Assembly (NCBI GenBank): GCA_011389655.1
Contig: JAABTX010000007.1
Span: 11,858 to 75,857 of the forward strand
DNA: 64,000 nt
Origin: Thioalkalivibrio sp.
GTDB lineage: Bacteria > Pseudomonadota > Gammaproteobacteria > Ectothiorhodospirales > Ectothiorhodospiraceae
Direction of reading: 5' to 3'
Shown here: in pieces, positions 9,025 to 18,323 of the stretch
How positions within the stretch are numbered: position 1 is the first letter of the stretch
How the letters are laid out: every line of letters starts with the position of its first letter
Made by a program: the position numbers and the translations under genes
The notes under the pieces: generated by a model
The model's database searches: none
What the model was told of the DNA's origin: nothing
Seen by the model: the letters and a program-made list of their open reading frames with translations, nothing else

Positions 9025-10518
9025 ATGGAAACCCCGCTGAGCCCCTGCACCTTCGTGATCTTCGGCTCCACCGGCAACCTGTCGCAGGTAAAGCTGATGC
9101 CGGCGCTGTACCAGCTGGAGGCAGCCGGACGGCTGCCGGACGCCCTGCGCATCATCGCCACCGGGCGGCGGCCCTGGGACCGGGAACGCTGGCTGAAGGA
9201 GATGCGCCACATGCTCGAAGGCAATGTGCGCGGCCAGATCGAGCCGACGGTGCTCGAGCGGATGCAGGAGCGCCAGGATTACTTCCAGGGCGACATCACG
9301 GATGCCGGAATGTACGACAGGCTGGCCCAGTGGCTCGGTGAACGCCCCGACCTGCCCGACAATCTCGCGATCTACCTGGCGATCCGTCCCGCCGAGTTCG
9401 GCGTGGTGACGGAGAATCTCAGCCGCACCGGCCTGTTGACGCAGAACGGAGGCTGGCGGCGGGTCGTGATCGAGAAGCCCTTCGGCTACGACCTCGACAG
9501 CGCTCAGGCGCTGCAGCAACGTCTGAGCCGATTCCTGGACGAGGAGCAGATCTATCGTATCGACCATTACCTGGGCAAGGAGATGGTCCGCAACCTGCTG
9601 GTGTTCCGCTTCGCCAACCTGATGCTGGAGCCCCTGTGGAACCGCAACTTCATCGACCACGTGCAGATCACCCAGGCCGAGACGCTGGGCGTGGGCAGCC
9701 GCGCCGCCTTTTACGACGGCGCCGGCGCCCTTCGCGACATGCTGCAGAGCCACCTGATGCAGCTGTTCACACTGGTGGCCATGGAACCCCCGGCCTCCAT
9801 GGCGGCGGAGGATCTCCGCGACGAGAAGGTGAAGGTGCTGAAGTCGGTGCGGCCGATCACTCCCGGCGCGGTCCATGCGCAGGCGTTCCGGGCGCAGTAC
9901 GGCGCGGGCAACGTGCAGGGCGAGCGCGTGCGCGGCTACCTGGAGGAAGACGGCGTACCCCCGGACAGCGTCACCGAGACCTACGCCGCGATGAAGCTGT
10001 TCGTGGACAACTGGCGCTGGCGCGGGGTGCCGTTCTACCTGCGCACCGGCAAGCGGATGGCGGAGAGCGCGTCGCACATCATGATCCGGTTCAAGCAGCC
10101 GCCGCAGCAGCTGTTTCGCGGCACCCGGCTGCAGAATGTCGAACGCAACTGGCTGGCGATCGGGGTGCAACCCTGCGAGTGCATCAGCCTGCAGCTGACC
10201 TCGAAGCAACCGGGGCTGGAGATGAGTACACGCCAGGTAAGCCTGGACGCGGGGCTGAACCCGGGCGAACGTCCCGGCACCGGGGCCTATGAAGGTCTGC
10301 TCCTCGACATCATGGAGGGGGACCGCTCCCTGTTCCTGCGCTACGACGAGGTCGAATACGCCTGGCGCATCGTGGATGCCGTGCTCCATACCTGGTCAGT
10401 TGAACGCGACTTCATCCACACCTACCCCGCCGGCACCTGGGGCCCGGCCGCGAGCCGCCGTCTGTTCGAGGAGGAAATCGACGCCTGGCGTCACAGCATC
10501 CGGCCAGAGACGGACTGA
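9025..10518 (+). CDS. zwf: glucose-6-phosphate 1-dehydrogenase
   Basis: [16 protein letters not shown] and RIDHYLGKE motifs. Confidence 0.95.
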   Translation: METPLSPCTFVIFGSTGNLSQVKLMPALYQLEAAGRLPDALRIIATGRRPWDRERWLKEMRHMLEGNVRGQIEPTVLERMQERQDYFQGDITDAGMYDRLAQWLGERPDLPDNLAIYLAIRPAEFGVVTENLSRTGLLTQNGGWRRVVIEKPFGYDLDSAQALQQRLSRFLDEEQIYRIDHYLGKEMVRNLLVFRFANLMLEPLWNRNFIDHVQITQAETLGVGSRAAFYDGAGALRDMLQSHLMQLFTLVAMEPPASMAAEDLRDEKVKVLKSVRPITPGAVHAQAFRAQYGAGNVQGERVRGYLEEDGVPPDSVTETYAAMKLFVDNWRWRGVPFYLRTGKRMAESASHIMIRFKQPPQQLFRGTRLQNVERNWLAIGVQPCECISLQLTSKQPGLEMSTRQVSLDAGLNPGERPGTGAYEGLLLDIMEGDRSLFLRYDEVEYAWRIVDAVLHTWSVERDFIHTYPAGTWGPAASRRLFEEEIDAWRHSIRPETD

Positions 10519-10629
10519 CGGCCGCCGCACCGGTCCCGAGGCCATTGCGGTCGCGGCCAGGTCCAGGGGCGTCGGGCCGAACATGATCCCGGGGCACGCG
10601 GCCGTCAGCGGGAGAGGCGGGGTCGGACC

Positions 10630-11409
10630 TCAGGCACCGGGCTCACGGACAGGACCGCCGATTAGCGCTGCCGCCTGATGGTCGACATGCCACTCCACCT
10701 TGCCCTGCGGCGGATTCACCAGCGAGGCGGGCAGTTCCCGGCGCGGGCCGTCGCCAAGCACGCGCGCCAGGACCGGGGCCTTGTCAGCACCGGTCACCAG
10801 AAACAGCACCTGCCGTGCCGCGTTCAGCACCGGCAATGTCAGGCTCAGACGCCAGGAATCGAACTTCGGCACGTGGACCGCGGCCACCGTCTCCGTCGCA
10901 TCGAGAACCGGGGTGCCAGGAAACAGGGAGGCGGTATGGCCGTCGTCGCCCATGCCCAGCAGGATCAGATCGAAGCGGGGCACACCGCCGTCGGTCTCCG
11001 GAACCTCGCGGGCGAGGCACTCGCGGTACCGGGCGGCATCCTCCGACGGCTCCGACCCGTCCGTCGGCATCGGGTGAAAGACCGGGGCGCCCGGAAGATC
11101 CGCGAGCAGCGACTCCCGGACCATGCGCTGGTTGCTGTCCGCGTGGTTCGCGGGCACCCAGCGTTCGTCGCCCAGGAACAGTCGCACCCGTTCCCAGGGA
11201 ACGGGCCAGTCATCCGGCGACCCCGACAGCAGTTCGTACAGGGCCCGCGGTGTCCGGCCCCCGGCGAGGGCGAGGCTGGCGACACCACGCGCCGCTACCG
11301 CCTCGGACAGGAGGCGGCAGAGCCGCCGAGCCGCGGACGCCATCACCGCGTCCACATCCACACCAACGGAGACTGCGGGGGCCTTCGCCGGACCGGCGGC
11401 GGCGCTCAT
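10630..11409 (-). CDS. pgl: 6-phosphogluconolactonase
   Basis: LALAGGRTP and LLGMGDDGHTASLFP motifs. Convergent with zwf. I prefer the ATG at 11409 over the GTG at 11430. Confidence 0.85.
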   Translation of the reverse strand: MSAAAGPAKAPAVSVGVDVDAVMASAARRLCRLLSEAVAARGVASLALAGGRTPRALYELLSGSPDDWPVPWERVRLFLGDERWVPANHADSNQRMVRESLLADLPGAPVFHPMPTDGSEPSEDAARYRECLAREVPETDGGVPRFDLILLGMGDDGHTASLFPGTPVLDATETVAAVHVPKFDSWRLSLTLPVLNAARQVLFLVTGADKAPVLARVLGDGPRRELPASLVNPPQGKVEWHVDHQAAALIGGPVREPGA

Positions 11410-11493
11410 CCGGGATTCCCCTGACGCCACGCCGACCTTCCGGGGATCGCGCCCCTCGCGGTCGCCCGGACGCCCGCGCCCGGGACCCCCGGT

Positions 11494-11979
11494 TCAGTGC
11501 TGGTGACCGCCCGGGCCATGCACGTGTCCGTGGTCCATCTCCTCCTGCGTGGGCTCGCGCACGTCGACGACGGTCACGTCGAAGGTCAGGGTCTCGCCCG
11601 CCAGCGGGTGGTTCGCATCCACGGTCACGTGCTCCGGGTCCACGCCGGTCACGGTGACGATCTGGCTTCCGCCCTCCTCCGACGTGGTCTGGAACTGCAT
11701 GCCGACCTGGACCTTGTCCGCATCCTGAAACATCTGGCGCGGCACCGCCTGGCTGAGCGACTCGTCCCGTTCGCCATAGGCCTCGGCCGGCGGGATGGTC
11801 ACCTGCACACTGTCCCCGGCGGACTTGCCCTCCAGGGCCGATTCCAGACCGGAGATGATGTTCTGGTGCCCCTGCAGATAGGCCAGAGGCCCACGCTCGG
11901 AGGAGGTGTCCAGTACCTGACCCTGGTCGTTCTTGAGCGTGTAGTCGATGGATACGACCTTGTTCTCGGCAATTTGCAT
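11494..11979 (-). CDS. slyD: FKBP-type peptidyl-prolyl isomerase SlyD with a His-rich tail
   Basis: MQIAENKVVSIDYTLKNDQGQVLDTS...HPLAGETLTFDVTVVDVR, with the tail EEMDHGHVHGPGGHQH. The start is trimmed to the ATG at 11979. Confidence 0.85.
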   Translation of the reverse strand: MQIAENKVVSIDYTLKNDQGQVLDTSSERGPLAYLQGHQNIISGLESALEGKSAGDSVQVTIPPAEAYGERDESLSQAVPRQMFQDADKVQVGMQFQTTSEEGGSQIVTVTGVDPEHVTVDANHPLAGETLTFDVTVVDVREPTQEEMDHGHVHGPGGHQH

Positions 11980-12110
11980 GGTGGATACCCGTTTGCGCGT
12001 CAATGTGCGGCCAGTCTACGTGCATCGGGGGACCGAAACCAAGGACGGGACTCGGGGGAGCGGCTGTGTTCGGCCCCGAGCAACGCGTGTCTGCCTGGCG
12101 CGGCGCGTTC

Positions 12111-12370
12111 CTACACGGCTGGCCCCGGCCCCCGTAGGAGCGAGCCTTGCTCGCGAACGCGCCGCAGGCGCGCCGAACGCCGGGGCGGAGGCAACGCCGC
12201 ATCGCGGCTGGAAGCCGCTCCTACACGGCTGGCCCCGGTCCCCGTAGGAGCGAGCCGCGCTCGCGAACGCGCCGCAGGCGCGCCGAATGCCGGGGGCGGC
12301 AAGGCAACGCCGCATCGCGGCTGGAAGCCGCTCCCACGACTACCCGCTCCCACGACTACCCGCTCCCACC
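12111..12370. repeat. tandem array of composite REP units (two units of about 110 nt) followed by a 16-nt tandem repeat
   Basis: Units 12111-12220 and 12221-12333 are near-identical. Each contains gtaggagcgagcc..gctcgcgaa, gcgccgcaggcgcgc and atcgcggctggaagccgctc palindromes. ccgctcccacgactac is then repeated about 2.7 times at 12328-12370. Confidence 0.8.
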
Positions 12371-12454
12371 CAGGCTGGGGTGCCGGCCGCGCCGGGTCGG
12401 CCAGAGGGCTGGCCTCCTGCATCGGGCGCCGGGGTCAGTGCACGCCGGCTGGCC

Positions 12455-12979
12455 TCAGCCAGCGTGGCGGTCCTTCAGGCGCGCGTACTGGACGGCTGAA
12501 TACTCGAGGTATTCCGTCTCCTCGTCGCTCAGTGGCCGCGCGCGCCTTGCCGGACTGCCTCGCCAGAGGTAGCCGCCCTCGAGGCGCTTGCCCGGCGCCA
12601 CCAGGCTGCCGGCGGCAAGCATCGCGCCGGATTCGATCACCGCGCCGTCCATCACGATGCTGCCCATGCCGATCAGGCAGCGATCCTCGATGGTGCAGCC
12701 GTGCAGGATCACCTTGTGGCCCACCGTGACCTCGTCACCGACAGTCAGGTCATGCCCGCCCGGCGCAAACCGGCTGTCATGGGTGACATGCAGCACCGAG
12801 CCGTCCTGGATATTGGTCCGCACGCCGATCGCGATCCGGTGGATGTCCCCGCGCAAGACGCACATCGGCCAGATGGAGCTGTGGGCCCCGACATGCACAT
12901 CCCCCACCACCAGCGCGGTGTCGTCCACCCAGGCGGTGGAATGCAGTGCGGGACGCAGATCGCCAAAGTCACGGATCAT
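12455..12979 (-). CDS. gamma-class carbonic anhydrase-like / hexapeptide-repeat protein (YrdA/PaaY family)
   Basis: Left-handed beta-helix hexapeptide repeats and His residues (IWPMCVLRGDIHRIAIGVRTNIQDGSVLHV...GHKVILHGC). Confidence 0.85.
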   Translation of the reverse strand: MIRDFGDLRPALHSTAWVDDTALVVGDVHVGAHSSIWPMCVLRGDIHRIAIGVRTNIQDGSVLHVTHDSRFAPGGHDLTVGDEVTVGHKVILHGCTIEDRCLIGMGSIVMDGAVIESGAMLAAGSLVAPGKRLEGGYLWRGSPARRARPLSDEETEYLEYSAVQYARLKDRHAG

Positions 12980-13088
12980 GCGTTGAGATTAGCAGGAAAG
13001 TCGGAGAGCGGCGCCCTGTGCCGGTGATGGGCCATGCCGCCAACGCGGGCTGGACGATCCGCGATCCGTCGCGCTCCGTTCGCGCCAT

Positions 13089-13186
13089 GGAGTGCGGGAG
13101 CCTGCTCCCGCTTTGCCCTTCAGGAGGCTCGCCTCCTGCAGCGGCAGCACGCGTCCGCGCGTGAGTGCGGGAGCACGCTCCCGTAC
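13089..13186. repeat. REP family A copies downstream of hypE
   Basis: ggagtgcgggagcctgctcccgc lies at 13089-13111, the hairpin caggaggctcgcctcctg at 13121-13138, and gagtgcgggagcacgctcccgtact at 13162-13186. Confidence 0.6.
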
Positions 13187-13225
13187 TTCACAGGGCTGGG
13201 GAGGGGGCGGAGGCAGTGACGCCGC

Positions 13226-14287
13226 TCAGCAGATCCGCGGCAGCTGTTCCCCGGAAATCCAGTCGACGTTACGCCGCCCGCCAAAACTGGTCTCCATCTG
13301 CACGAAGCCGTGCTCGTCGGCGATCACCTCGCCGATGATCACGGCGTCCCGGCCCAGCGGGTGCGCGCGCATGGCCGCGAGCACCGCCTCGGCGGAGTCC
13401 GGCGGGCAGATCGCGACCACCTTGCCCTCGTTCGCGACGTAGAGCGGGTCGAGGCCGAGCAGTTCACAGGCGGCATCCACTTCCTCGCGTACCGGGATCG
13501 CGTCCTCGCGAACGACCATGCCCACGCCCGACTGTCGGGCGATCTCGTTGAGCGTGGCCGCGAGTCCGCCCCGGGTCGGGTCGCGCAGGCAATGGATCTC
13601 CGGCGCCGCCGCCACCATCCCCGCGATCAGTTCGTGCAGCGCGGCCGAGTCCGATTCGATGGTGGTGCTGAAGCTCAGGTTCTCGCGCAGCGACATGATC
13701 GCAACGCCGTGGTCCCCGAGAAAGCCGCTTACCAGAATGCGGTCACCGGGCCGCGCACGGTCGCCCGAGATCTCGATGCCCTCGGGGACGACGCCGACCC
13801 CGGTGGTATTGATGAAGACGCCATCGCCCTTGCCGCGCTCCACCACCTTCGTGTCCCCGGTGACCACCTGCACGCCGGCCGTGCGCGCCGCCGCGGCCAT
13901 CGAATCCACGATGCGCTTCAGATCCGCGAGCGGAAAGCCCTCCTCGAGGATGAAGCCTGCGGAGAGCCACAGCGGTCTCGCACCGCTGGTCGCCACGTCG
14001 TTGAGCGTGCCGTGCACCGCGAGGCTGCCGATGTCGCCGCCGGGGAAGAACAGCGGCGAGACCACGTGGCTGTCGGTGGCCATCACGATGCGGCCCTCGG
14101 GCCGCGTCAACAGGGCCTGGTCGTTGGCCTGGCGCAGATACGGGTTGTCGAAGGCCGGCTGGAAGAGCTCATCGATCAGCTGCGACATCGCGCGGCCACC
14201 ACCGCCGTGCGAAAGCTCGACCTTGCCGTGCTTCAGATCCAGGGGCCGGATGTAGCCGCGCCTGGTCCGTTTCGGATTCTCGCTCAC
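13226..14287 (-). CDS. hypE: hydrogenase maturation carbamoyl dehydratase HypE
   Basis: LDLKHGKVELSHGGGG..., an AIR-synthase-like fold, and the canonical C-terminal PRIC. The GTG at 14287 overlaps the hypD stop as GTGA; the track ORF is over-extended to 14581. Confidence 0.93.
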   Translation of the reverse strand: MSENPKRTRRGYIRPLDLKHGKVELSHGGGGRAMSQLIDELFQPAFDNPYLRQANDQALLTRPEGRIVMATDSHVVSPLFFPGGDIGSLAVHGTLNDVATSGARPLWLSAGFILEEGFPLADLKRIVDSMAAAARTAGVQVVTGDTKVVERGKGDGVFINTTGVGVVPEGIEISGDRARPGDRILVSGFLGDHGVAIMSLRENLSFSTTIESDSAALHELIAGMVAAAPEIHCLRDPTRGGLAATLNEIARQSGVGMVVREDAIPVREEVDAACELLGLDPLYVANEGKVVAICPPDSAEAVLAAMRAHPLGRDAVIIGEVIADEHGFVQMETSFGGRRNVDWISGEQLPRIC

Positions 14288-15429
14288 GAGGCCTCCGCGA
14301 CGGCGGAATCCTTCGTGAACTGACCGTAGGTGTAATAGGCCGCGCAGGCGCCCTCCGCGGAGACCATGCACGAGCCGAGCGGGTTGTCCGGAGTGCAGAC
14401 GGTGCCGAAGACCTTGCAGTCCTGCGGCTGCTTCACGCCGCGCAGGATCGCGCCGCACTCGCAGGCCTTGTGATCCGGCACCGAGCGGTAGGGCAGGTCG
14501 AAGCGCACCTCGGCATCGAAGTCCCGGTAGGCCTCGCGGATGCGCAGCGCGCTGTAGGGAACCTCGCCCAGGCCGCGCCACTCGAAGCGGTCGCGCAGCT
14601 CGAAGACCTCGGCCACCAGCCCCTGTGCCTTCAGATTGCCCTCACGAGTCACCGCGCGGCTGAACTGGTTCTCGACCTCGGCCCGGCCCTCGTTGAGCTG
14701 GCGCACCAGCATCAGCACCGACTGCAGCACGTCCAGCGGCTCGAAGCCCGCGATCACCACCGGCTTCTGGAACTCCTCGGCGAAGAATTCGTAGGGCTGG
14801 CTGCCGATGATCGTGGACACGTGGGAGGGGCCGATGAAACCATCCAGCGGCACCGTGCCCAGGTCCCGCACCTCGGGGGACTCCAGGATGTTCTGGATCG
14901 CCGACGGCGTCAGCACGTGATTGGCAAAGACGCTGAAGTTCTTAAGACCCTCCTCACGCGCCTGGCGCAGGGCAACAGCAGTCGGCGGCGTGGTGGTCTC
15001 GAACCCGATCGCGAAGAAGACCACCTCGCGGTCCGGGTTTTCGCGCGCGATCTTCAGCGCGTCGGCGCTGGAGTAGACCATGCGGATGTCCGCACCCTCG
15101 GCCTTCGCGCGCAAAAGGCTCGTCCGCCCGGAGGCCGGCACGCGCATCGTGTCGCCGTAGCTGCAGAGGATCACGCCGTGGTCGCGGGCCAGTTCGATCG
15201 CGCTGTCGATGCGCCCGATCGGCAGCACGCAGACCGGGCAACCGGGCCCGTGGATGAAGCGGATCGCCGATGGCAACAGGTCGCGCAGACCATAGCGGGA
15301 GATCGCGTGGGTGTGCCCGCCGCAGAACTCCATCAGGTGGTAGCGCCGGTCCGGCCGGACCTCGTCGGCGATGGTCCTTGCAAGGCTGCGCGCAACCTTG
15401 CCGTCCCGGAACTCGTCAACGTACTTCAT
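14284..15429 (-). CDS. hypD: hydrogenase maturation protein HypD
   Basis: MKYVDEFRD, FCGGHTH, GPGCPVCV and the C-terminal Cys motifs. Confidence 0.95.
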   Translation of the reverse strand: MKYVDEFRDGKVARSLARTIADEVRPDRRYHLMEFCGGHTHAISRYGLRDLLPSAIRFIHGPGCPVCVLPIGRIDSAIELARDHGVILCSYGDTMRVPASGRTSLLRAKAEGADIRMVYSSADALKIARENPDREVVFFAIGFETTTPPTAVALRQAREEGLKNFSVFANHVLTPSAIQNILESPEVRDLGTVPLDGFIGPSHVSTIIGSQPYEFFAEEFQKPVVIAGFEPLDVLQSVLMLVRQLNEGRAEVENQFSRAVTREGNLKAQGLVAEVFELRDRFEWRGLGEVPYSALRIREAYRDFDAEVRFDLPYRSVPDHKACECGAILRGVKQPQDCKVFGTVCTPDNPLGSCMVSAEGACAAYYTYGQFTKDSAVAEAS

Positions 15430-15659
15430 GCGGCGGCCCCCGGCTCGACGCCCATCTCGCGCAGCATCGACAGGGTGCGCTGGGCCTCGTCCTCGTCGAG
15501 CCGGTTGATCGCAAAGCCCACGTGCAGGATCACGAAGTCCCCGGCCTTCACGCCGTCCACCAGGCTCACATCCACTTCCTTGCGCACGCCACCGACATCG
15601 ACCAGGGCCTGTTCGGCCTCCAGCAGCTCAACCACCTTCACAGGGATCGCCAGACACAT
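15426..15659 (-). CDS. hypC: hydrogenase maturation chaperone HypC
   Basis: The N-terminus is MCLAIPVKVVEL. The start is trimmed to the ATG at 15659. The stop overlaps the hypD start. Confidence 0.9.
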   Translation of the reverse strand: MCLAIPVKVVELLEAEQALVDVGGVRKEVDVSLVDGVKAGDFVILHVGFAINRLDEDEAQRTLSMLREMGVEPGAAA

Positions 15660-15825
15660 GGCGCTATTGTCTTTTCTCCCCACCCACAGTGCAAGAAACC
15701 GCGATCCCGTAGAGGGTCAAGCACCGCCGGTCCGCCATGTGGCGATGCTCGGCGATTCGGCCGGACGGGAAGTCGTTGGACGAGAAAATAAATCTGTCCC
15801 GTTTTTTCGTCTTTTGGGCCAAGCG

Positions 15826-18294
15826 CTAGCGGGCGTTCATCGCGATCCAGGCCTGGCCGAGACTGAGGCCGCCGTCGTTGGCGGGGGCGAGGCGCGGGAG
15901 GTGGACATCGTAGCCGGAGGCGGTCAGGCGCCGTTCGAGGTCGGTCATCAGCACCTGGTTCAGCACGCAGCCGCCGCTGAAGACCAGGTGACCAATCCCC
16001 GTGAGCTCGGCCACGGGTCGGATCCAGTCGGCGAGGGCCGCGGCGAGGGTGGCATGGAAGACGGCGGCGGCACGGGGCTGGTGGCGGCCTTCCGGGGCGT
16101 GTTTGCTGTTTGGGGAAGGCGGTGGCGAGCCACCGCTGTGCGCTGCGCGGTCGGCCAGCCACGCCAGGAGCGGGAGAAGGTTCAGGGTGTGGTCAGCATC
16201 GATGGCCCAGCCATTCGGGAGGGGATCGGCGGGCCCGTGCTGCGCGGCAAGGCCCTCCAGCAGCATCGCGGCCTGCCCCTCGAAGCGCTGCACGGGCTTG
16301 ATGCCGAGCAGACCGGCGGCGGCGTCGAAGTGGCGGCCGAGGCTGGTGGTCGGCGGGCTGTTGATGCCGCGCTCCAGCAGTTCCGGCAACCTCGGCGCGA
16401 GCGGCTGGTCGCAGAAGCGCGTGGCGATCTCCCCTCCCCTGCCCAGCGCATGCAGCGCGGAAGCGGCCATGCGCCAGGGTTCGCGCGCGGCGCGGTCGCC
16501 GCCGGCGAGCACGAGTGGGGCGATGTGGCCGAGGCGTTCGAAACCGGCGCCTTCCAGGCGCAGCAGTTCGCCGCCCCACGGCGTGCCGTCCGATCCGAGG
16601 CCGACGCCGTCCATCGCGACGCCGAGCACGGGTTCATCGAGTCCGTGCTCCGCCTGCACCGCCGCAAGATGGGCGTGGTGGTGCTGCACCCGGATCAGCG
16701 GGACGTCGAGGTCCTGTGCCATCGCAGCGGCAAGCTGGCTGCTGTAGAAGTCCGGGTGGCGGTCGCAGGCGATGCGCGCGGGCCTGATTTCGAGGATCTC
16801 GACCAGGTGCCGGGCGGTCTCGTCCAGCGAGCGACAGGTCGCCGCGTTGTCGAGGTCGCCGATGTGCTGCGACAGGAAGGCCTGGTCGTCGCGGGTCAGG
16901 CAAACGGTGTTCTTCAGCCAGGCGCCCAGCGCCAGTACGGACGGTCCGCCGCGGGGCAACCGGATCGGCACCGGGGTATAGCCGCGTGCCCGGCGCAGGA
17001 AGGACGCCCCGCCGGCGCCGACGCGGATCACCGGGTCGTCGCAGCGCACGACGATGTCGCGGTCGTGCACGAGCAGGGCATCGGCGATGCCGGCCAGCCG
17101 TGCGACCGCCTCACCATTGTCGATGACCAGCGGTTCGCCACCCGGATTCGCGGAGGTGCAGACCAGCAGCCAGGGGTCGGCTCCCTCCACCTCCAGCCAG
17201 CTGGTGCCGGCCGGGCGGCCCGCCGCCTCGTGGAACAGCAGGTAGTGCAGCGGCGTGTAGGCGAGCATCGCGCCCAGCCAGGCCAGTCCGGGCGCGACGC
17301 CCGGCAGGGCCGCGTCGCAGCCGGGCCCCTTGCGCAACAACACGATCGGCCGGTCGCGGGAGCGCAGGAGCTGCTCCTCGGCGTCACCGAACTCGACCAG
17401 GCCCGCCAGGGCCCGCGGATTCGCGGCCATCACGGCCAGCGGCTTTTCCTCGCGGTGCTTGCGGGCACGCAACCGCGCGACGCTGTCGGCATTGCGGGCG
17501 TCGCAGAGCAGGTGGAAGCCGCCCAGACCCTTGACCGCCAGGATCTCGCCGGCCTCGAGGCGGCGCACCGCCTCCACGATCGGGTCGGCCACGGGCAGCG
17601 GCTGACCGTCGGGAGTGAGCAGGGACAGACTCGGGCCGCAGTCCGGACAGGCGTTGGGCTGGGCATGGAAACGCCGGTCGGCGGGATTGTCGTACTCGTG
17701 CTGGCACGGCGGGCACTGGATGAATGCCGCCATGCTGGTGTTCGGGCGATCGTAGGGCAGTGCCCGTGTCAGGGTGTAGCGCGGGCCGCAGTGGGTACAG
17801 TTGATGAAGGGATAACGGTAACGACGGTCGGCCGGATCGAAGAGCTCCTCGAGGCAGGCCGGGCAGACGGCGGCGTCCGGGGTGATGCCGGTGCGCACGG
17901 CACCGGCGCGGCTGGGAGCGATGGTGAAGGCCTGGCCGACATCCGGGGGCTTCGATTCGGCCTCGGTGGTCTCGATGGCATCCACGCGAGCGAGCGGCGG
18001 TGCCTCGGCGGGAAGCCGGCGCAGGAACGCGCCGACGGCGGCCGGACCGCCCTGTACCTCCAGCTCCACACCGGCGGCATCGTTGCATACCCAGCCGGTG
18101 AGGCCCAGTTCCATCGCCAGGCCGTAGACATAGGGGCGGAAGCCCACGCCCTGGACCTGGCCGTGCACGCGGACGCGGCGCCGGATAGCGGCCGGTATCG
18201 CTCTCGCCCCCGGACCCTCCCCCACCTGTGCCCGAGGGAGGGCTGCGGGGGAAGACCGGGGTGGGAGAACGGCACCGGGCCCTGACGGCGGCAT
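15826..18294 (-). CDS. hypF: carbamoyltransferase HypF
   Basis: Acylphosphatase domain (VRVHGQVQGVGFRPYVYG). Two zinc-finger pairs (CPACLEEL...CTHCGPRYT; CPPCQHEY...CPDCGP). YrdC-like and Kae1-like domains follow. The ATG at 18294 lies 30 nt after the hypB stop; the track ORF is over-extended to 18699. Confidence 0.93.
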   Translation of the reverse strand: MPPSGPGAVLPPRSSPAALPRAQVGEGPGARAIPAAIRRRVRVHGQVQGVGFRPYVYGLAMELGLTGWVCNDAAGVELEVQGGPAAVGAFLRRLPAEAPPLARVDAIETTEAESKPPDVGQAFTIAPSRAGAVRTGITPDAAVCPACLEELFDPADRRYRYPFINCTHCGPRYTLTRALPYDRPNTSMAAFIQCPPCQHEYDNPADRRFHAQPNACPDCGPSLSLLTPDGQPLPVADPIVEAVRRLEAGEILAVKGLGGFHLLCDARNADSVARLRARKHREEKPLAVMAANPRALAGLVEFGDAEEQLLRSRDRPIVLLRKGPGCDAALPGVAPGLAWLGAMLAYTPLHYLLFHEAAGRPAGTSWLEVEGADPWLLVCTSANPGGEPLVIDNGEAVARLAGIADALLVHDRDIVVRCDDPVIRVGAGGASFLRRARGYTPVPIRLPRGGPSVLALGAWLKNTVCLTRDDQAFLSQHIGDLDNAATCRSLDETARHLVEILEIRPARIACDRHPDFYSSQLAAAMAQDLDVPLIRVQHHHAHLAAVQAEHGLDEPVLGVAMDGVGLGSDGTPWGGELLRLEGAGFERLGHIAPLVLAGGDRAAREPWRMAASALHALGRGGEIATRFCDQPLAPRLPELLERGINSPPTTSLGRHFDAAAGLLGIKPVQRFEGQAAMLLEGLAAQHGPADPLPNGWAIDADHTLNLLPLLAWLADRAAHSGGSPPPSPNSKHAPEGRHQPRAAAVFHATLAAALADWIRPVAELTGIGHLVFSGGCVLNQVLMTDLERRLTASGYDVHLPRLAPANDGGLSLGQAWIAMNAR

Positions 18295-18323
18295 CAGCGA
18301 ATCATCCCCGCGGCAGACGCGGC

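Noticed and set aside
12455-12979. The gamma-carbonic-anhydrase-like gene as a functional part of the hydrogenase maturation set, for example supplying bicarbonate for carbamoyl phosphate.
   Set aside because: It is separated from hypE by a REP cluster and from slyD by the REP array. I know of no established role for it in hydrogenase maturation. Adjacency alone is insufficient evidence.
14470-18285. A very long plus-strand ORF (1271 aa), with similar giants at 7558-10389 (-), 3602-5782 (-), 58989-61052 (+) and 15826-18699 (the 5' extension of hypF).
   Set aside because: They run antisense to, or out of frame with, genes carrying unmistakable motifs (hypD/hypF, gnd/zwf, amrS/amrB, hyhS/hyhG). 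Their translations are Arg/Gly/Ala/Pro-rich low-complexity sequence. This is the usual stop-codon-poor artefact of high-GC DNA.
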